From a bacterium (lineage in GTDB: Bacteria; Electryoneota; Electryoneia; Electryoneales; Electryoneaceae), in contig JAHLLH010000013.1 of NCBI GenBank assembly GCA_020444265.1, positions 13,340 through 77,339 of the forward strand: DNA of 64,000 bases. Direction: 5' to 3'. The position numbers and the translations under genes are program-made. Below, in pieces: positions 58,995 to 64,000 of this stretch; within the stretch, counting starts at the first letter, position 1, and each line of letters starts with the position of its first letter. The notes below the pieces were generated by a model. The model was not told where the DNA came from. It searched no databases and saw only the letters and a list, made by a program, of their open reading frames with translations.

Positions 58995-61253
58995 ATGGGC
59001 AATCGTGCTGCATACAACAATCGCTTATTCCTTGTCCTGAGCATCATGCTACCGGCAGTTTTAACTCTGTTGCTGATAGCCGGGACCTTTTTCTTCCTCT
59101 TCATTCCCGCCCTCGAAACGGATCTTCTCCAGGCACGTCGCGAAATGACACGTGAAACGTGCAACATTGGTTATAACCTCATTTCCGAGTACTACCAACG
59201 TTATCAGAATGGATCTCTAGCAGAGCAGGAAGCACAGGAACGTGCCTTGGCCCGACTGGAGGCCTTGCGGTTTGGCCCCGAAGGAAAAGACTATTTTTGG
59301 GTAAACACCGTTGAAGGTGGCATGGCGATGCACCCCTACCGGAAAGACCTGGTCGGCACCGACATGCTCAATTGGGAAGACCCGACCGGGAAGCAATTCA
59401 TCCGTGATTTTATCTGGGTTGTTCGGAACCAGGGTGAAGGATTTGTCGACTACCAATGGCAGTGGAAAGATGATTCCACCCGCATCGTCCCGAAAATTTC
59501 CTATGTCAAAGGCTTTGAACCCTGGGGCTGGATCATCGGCACCGGCATGTATATCGAGGACATTCATCAGCGAATAGCCAACACGACCCAACGGCTGGCT
59601 CGTGTTTTTGTGCTCATCTTCATGCTCATTGTCCTCCTCTCCATCGTCATCATCTTAAACGGTTTGCGAATCGACAAACATAGGCAGCTCTCTGAACAAG
59701 CCTTGCGGGCGAGCGAAGAGAAATTCCGTTCGTTGTTCGAAACGATGACAGAAGGGGTCTACATCCGGAGCATCGATGGCGAGTTGGTGGAGAGCAACCC
59801 TGCGTTCCAGAAAACCCTCGGCATTGAGGGAGAGGACTTATCCTCCTTCAATATCAGTCAGTTTTATTCTGATCCTGAGGAGTACAAGCGCTTCACCACG
59901 GAAGTGGAAGCCAATGGAATTGTCAGCAATTACCCGATGAAAGTTATCCGTAGGGATGGCACGCCCCTCCATGTATTGGTGACAGCAATTTTGCGCAATG
60001 ACGATGAGGGCAATCCCACCCAGGTGCAAGGAGTGGTGCGGGACGTTACAGAAACCAAGGAACTGGAAGAACGGTTGAACCAATCACAGAAGATGGAAGC
60101 TGTCGGCCGTCTCGCAGGTGGGATTGCGCACGACTTCAACAATCTTCTGACGGTAATCATCGGTCAAAGCGAACTGATGTTGCTCGAGAAAGAGAAGATC
60201 GGTGAGGATACAACCCATGTTGATGACGTCCTGAAATCTGCTTACCGCGCCACCGAACTTGTGGGGCAGCTCCTCGCCTTCAGCCGTCACCAGGTCATTG
60301 TACCCGTCCCCATGCGCATCAACGAGTCCCTCCGTCACCTGAGCAAGCTGCTCCACAGAACGCTCGGAGAGGATATCACGTTACGTCTGAACCTCCAGGA
60401 TGAGGTTCCCTGTATCCTGGCAGACCCACCGCAGCTTGACCAGGTCATTCTGAACCTCTGCATCAACTCACGCGACGCTATGCCTTCAGGTGGAGAGCTG
60501 AACGTCCGCACCTACCTCATCCCACCCGATGGTAAGAAGAACATTATAGACGGAATCCTCTATGATTCCGGAGTCGTCGTACTTGAAATTGAGGATAGTG
60601 GCATTGGGATTGATGAGGAAACTCTCCCACATATTTTTGAGCCCTTTTATACCACCAAATTGGAAAAGGGTGGTTCAGGGCTGGGCCTGTCCACGGTCTA
60701 TGGTATCGTGCGCAAGCTGAATGGTCAGATCACCGTGCAGTCCACCCCTGGAGAAGGAACCCGCTTCACTCTCCGATTCCCTGCCATTCTTTCCAAGGAA
60801 ACAAAGACTTCAGATATACACTCGCAAGAGGGAGTGGAGAATGGCGGCACAGAATCCATCCTTGTTGTTGAGGATGATCGTAACGTTCGCAGTATTACCA
60901 TACGCATCCTCCGCCAATTCGGGTACACGGTCCACGCAGTAGAGGATCCAGTGAAGGCACTGGATCTTGTGAAGAAGTTGCCAGAACCGGTAGACCTTCT
61001 GCTGACAGATATGATCATGCCGGGAATGAACGGCTTCGAACTGATGCACAAGCTACGAGCGATCTGGCCCACGACTCGTCTGATGATGATGTCCGCCTAT
61101 ACTCCTCAACAGGATGGCGGCGGAAAAGAAGAGAACCTGACCTTCGGGTACCTGCAAAAACCATTCGGTCCTGCGGCACTGACACGGAAGGTTCGGGAAA
61201 TCCTGGACACTTCGCTGGAATCATCCGGCAAACAAAAAACGTCCGGCGCATAA
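58995..61253 (+). CDS. Hybrid histidine kinase (sCache_2, PAS, HisKA, HATPase, REC)
   Basis: KDYFWV...MHPY...KISYVKGFEPWGWIIGTGMY Cache domain; AHDFNNLL; NLCINSRDAM, DSGIG, FEPFYTTK, GLGL; VVEDD...LLTDMIMP...KP receiver. Confidence 0.95.
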   Translation: MGNRAAYNNRLFLVLSIMLPAVLTLLLIAGTFFFLFIPALETDLLQARREMTRETCNIGYNLISEYYQRYQNGSLAEQEAQERALARLEALRFGPEGKDYFWVNTVEGGMAMHPYRKDLVGTDMLNWEDPTGKQFIRDFIWVVRNQGEGFVDYQWQWKDDSTRIVPKISYVKGFEPWGWIIGTGMYIEDIHQRIANTTQRLARVFVLIFMLIVLLSIVIILNGLRIDKHRQLSEQALRASEEKFRSLFETMTEGVYIRSIDGELVESNPAFQKTLGIEGEDLSSFNISQFYSDPEEYKRFTTEVEANGIVSNYPMKVIRRDGTPLHVLVTAILRNDDEGNPTQVQGVVRDVTETKELEERLNQSQKMEAVGRLAGGIAHDFNNLLTVIIGQSELMLLEKEKIGEDTTHVDDVLKSAYRATELVGQLLAFSRHQVIVPVPMRINESLRHLSKLLHRTLGEDITLRLNLQDEVPCILADPPQLDQVILNLCINSRDAMPSGGELNVRTYLIPPDGKKNIIDGILYDSGVVVLEIEDSGIGIDEETLPHIFEPFYTTKLEKGGSGLGLSTVYGIVRKLNGQITVQSTPGEGTRFTLRFPAILSKETKTSDIHSQEGVENGGTESILVVEDDRNVRSITIRILRQFGYTVHAVEDPVKALDLVKKLPEPVDLLLTDMIMPGMNGFELMHKLRAIWPTTRLMMMSAYTPQQDGGGKEENLTFGYLQKPFGPAALTRKVREILDTSLESSGKQKTSGA

Positions 61254-61286
61254 CACACCGGACGTTGAAACTCTGAAAATATCTGC

Positions 61287-63308
61287 TCACCTCACCAACA
61301 TCACCTTGCGGACCAGCGTACCCTCACCCGGTGCTGAGGCACGGATAAAGTAGATTCCGCTCGCATTGTCATGACAATCGAAGCTGAAGTTGTGAGATCC
61401 AGCGTTGTAGAACCCGTCGGCAAGAGTCGCAACCTGCTGACCGACAAGATTGTGCACGGTCACCCGAAGATCGGATGCCATCGGCAGAGTCACCGTCAGG
61501 CTTGTCGACGGATTAAACGGATTGGGCCAGGCAGAGCTCAAGTCAAATGACAACGGCTGGGTCCCTTCGCCTGGTCCCGCCACATCGTTCACGTGGCCTA
61601 GCAGGTAACGGACCGCTCGATCCATCATGGCGTTACGATGATCCTGAGTCGAAATCGCCTCGAATGGGAACCCGAACAGGAGTGTCCGGTAGGTTTCCGT
61701 GGTGTTATGCACGGCTGCCCACTGATCGGGGTTGAAATGCAACGCCGCTTCCCCACCGAGCAACTGCAGGGTACGTGTGATGCCTGAATTGTCTGCACCA
61801 TCGCCACCGGCAATGTAAAAGTCCAGCCCATTCCCGATGACATCGCCTTCCACGCCCACCACATGCATATTGCTGGTGTTGATGCCCTGGACCGCAGTGC
61901 CCATCATCGTCGCCAAGGTGGTGTTGAATAGTGCTGTTGGAGCGAAACTGCCGTTCATCCAGAGGTTTCCACCCCCTTCGAGGAAAGCTTCGAGCTCAGG
62001 CAGAACCTCGGCATCAAAGGTCATGCTTGTACCGAGGTACCAGATCACCGCTTCGATTGGCAGATCCGTAAACGTGGCAACGTTCAACTCGTCCGGCGAC
62101 CGTGGCCATACAGCCCAGCTCACTCCATCCTCACCGATCTCACCCGCCACTGCTTCAAGCGCGGTTGAGTAATACTCCGCGAAATCACCATTGGTGTCGC
62201 CATTGACCACCAACACCTGTCCGCTAGCGAGCACAAAGAAGGTGACCGAGTTGGTCAATTGCGTCAGGTTCTGGGAGGTAAACTGGAACGTCACTGCACC
62301 AGCAACGCCTGCATCATCAGCTGCAGTCGTGATGGACAGATCGATGGGGTAGTTCTCAGCAGAGGCGAGGTCAAGCGTTGCATCACCAGCCTGTTCTCCA
62401 TCGGGCAGCATATAGCTGAACTCCCACCCTTCAGGTAGATCCGATGCGACGGTGATGTCGTACGTATCGTCCTGTAGACCGAGGTTGGTAACATTCAGGG
62501 AGAAATCGGAACCCTCGCCGGGAGCAACAAGATTGGAAGTCTGAGTGGATTGCAGGGTGAAGTAGTAATCCGAACTCAACTCGCACTGCTCCGCCTGCAA
62601 TACTTCGCGGCCATTGTCGTTCTGCACAAAGCAAACGACATGGATGTTCTCGGGGTCGATCTCGATGCCACCGAGGCTTTCCGGCCAGGAGAAACTCGCC
62701 TGGAAGGTTTCGGTGCTGTTTGCCTCGATCGCGAATGCCAGTCCGTGTGCATCGGGTGCCATCGAGACAACATCGTTATGGAACTCGCTAACACCAGTCG
62801 GGCTGGTGTAGTGGTCCCAGTAGTTTGTCAGCAGAGCAAAACGAATCTTGTAATTACCGCTGATCGCCGTTTCAGCACTGGTCACAGTTGCTGTGACATC
62901 AATGCTGTTGCCTGTTCCAACCGCCATCATATCAATGCTGATTGGACTTTCAATGGCGATGCGTGTGTTGTAGGCGTTCAGCATCTGGGATGTGACACCG
63001 GGATGCAGGCCACCGATCAAGCCATCAACTTCCAGATCCGGCCACGCTCCGACACCGTAATACCCCTCACGAATCCCATGGCAGGGGTCGCCATTGGACC
63101 AGGGATCGCCGCCATCATGGTAGACCATCGGGACGATGTTTTCCGCCCGTACAGGATCTGTTACAAAACCGTAATACACCGGCGCCGCCGATGCACACGG
63201 TCCTCACCAGTATGCAAACCACTCTTCGAACAACACTTTCCTTGGGAAAGCCTGCGAAGAAGCGGTTAGCGCCATGAGAATGGTCACACCTAGCAGGAAA
63301 CGTTTCAT
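61287..63308 (-). CDS. Secreted Omp28/thioredoxin-like selenoprotein (Sec at codon 35, TGA 63204-63206) with Ig-like domains and T9SS-type C-terminal domain, 673 aa
   Basis: Extending the 630-aa ORF upstream in frame gives MKRFLLGVTILMALTASSQA-FPRKVLFEEWFAYW(TGA)GPCASAAPVYYG. Also a purine-rich RBS, cis-Pro motif YGVGAWP, VVCFVQN...EVLQA Omp28-like end and AWPNPFNP...RKVMLVR. Confidence 0.88.
63166..63203 (-). promoter_or_regulatory. Putative bacterial SECIS element
   Basis: Directly 3' of the UGA: GGACCGU-G-UGCA-UCGGC-[GGC]-GCCGG-UGUA-UU-ACGGUUU, a roughly 16-bp stem with a small G-containing apical loop. Confidence 0.75.
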
Positions 63309-63508
63309 CTCTACCCCCATCTCCGTAGCAACTCTCTCAGCTCATCCTTGACAGACACTCGCCTGCCGTATCAAGTGAAAAAGGTAGCATTCCTGGGAGG
63401 GCGACATAAACCACTGTTTGCAAAAGAACAACAGCGACATCCGGATTAAACTCTCCGAACTTACAGCAGGTCCCGTTTCGATGGCCGCCGGTTTGCCTGA
63501 AAACTCCG

Positions 63509-64000
63509 CTAAAAGCGGTAATCCATCCCGATGTAGTTATTCACAGGGCTGTTGCGGAAGGGGAATTGATCACGCAGATGACGGCCGACGAACAGCGACA
63601 TGCCACCCTCATCGCGTTGAATGTTGAGTCGAAGACGTATATCGGACCGTTGACGCCAACGGTTTGGTTGGCTTTCGGAAAGCATCATGATGTCGTAGCG
63701 GAAGACGAGCTCGGCTTGGAAGGTGCGGTTCAAGGGCAGCACAGCGACCCCATAGGTGTTCCCGATGGCCTTCCAGCTGGGAACATTGCCAAACAATTCC
63801 GAAACGCCATTGCCACTGATGATTGGGCCTGCGTACACATAACCGTCCAGCTGAGGTTTTGCAAGTTTACGCGCTCGGATGGCTGGCATAGCCTTCTCCG
63901 CCGGGTTGATGGTCCCAATGCCGAGGTCCCATTGCGTGTAGTAGGTCGCCCATCGGCTGTGACGATCAATTTCGTGGAAACACCACCGTTCAAACCAGGA
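63509..64000 (-). CDS. Hypothetical probable outer-membrane beta-barrel protein, 5' end outside the window
   Basis: The frame is open from 64000 to the stop at 63509; amphipathic strands; ends YIGMDYRF (BAM-type terminal Phe). Confidence 0.6.
   Translation of the reverse strand, partial: SWFERWCFHEIDRHSRWATYYTQWDLGIGTINPAEKAMPAIRARKLAKPQLDGYVYAGPIISGNGVSELFGNVPSWKAIGNTYGVAVLPLNRTFQAELVFRYDIMMLSESQPNRWRQRSDIRLRLNIQRDEGGMSLFVGRHLRDQFPFRNSPVNNYIGMDYRF

Noticed and set aside
63204-63206. TGA read as Trp or Gly under an alternative genetic code, or as a simple pseudogene stop
   Set aside because: TGA ends many genes here (ATGA overlaps at 17416, 45212, 45928, 55951). This one sits at a CxxC cysteine and is followed by a hairpin, so Sec fits better. 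A pseudogene cannot be fully excluded without finding sel genes.
63455-63502. c-di-GMP-I riboswitch-like words on the minus strand (GGCAAACC...GAAA...GGGAC) upstream of the selenoprotein
   Set aside because: The spacing around GAAA cannot form the P2 stem and the GCAAA/P3 part is missing.

Overview
A 64-kb bacterial chromosomal segment, densely coding and using the standard genetic code (TGA is a normal stop, often in ATGA gene overlaps). Four secreted proteins with PNP(F/Y)...K(M/V/F)-type C-terminal sorting domains, propeller/Y_Y_Y sensors and MacB-type permeases suggest an FCB-superphylum organism such as Calditrichota or a related candidate phylum (inference). The window holds two hybrid histidine kinases, two MacB/FtsX permeases, a cold-shock protein, a methyltransferase, a YfiR-like gene next to an MCP, a FecR/beta-barrel fusion, tamB-tamA, recQ, a vWA operon, ppk2, a transglutaminase-like protein, a DEAD helicase, M3 and M28 peptidases, a SpoIIE-plsC-2OG dioxygenase operon, a radical SAM enzyme and a four-gene group 3b [NiFe]-hydrogenase operon. 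No rRNA, tRNA, CRISPR array or transposase was seen. Main findings: (1) a secreted Omp28/thioredoxin-fold selenoprotein truncated in the ORF track, with an in-frame TGA in a W-U-G-P-C motif followed directly by a SECIS-like hairpin; (2) two membrane sensors ending in a HisKA domain with no ATP-binding domain and sharing a READYAAxxKIL tail; (3) a MobB-MobA fusion with both catalytic motifs lost; (4) a gene interrupted by an in-frame TAA; (5) REP-like palindromic elements. All calls come from reading motifs by eye; no database search was run.
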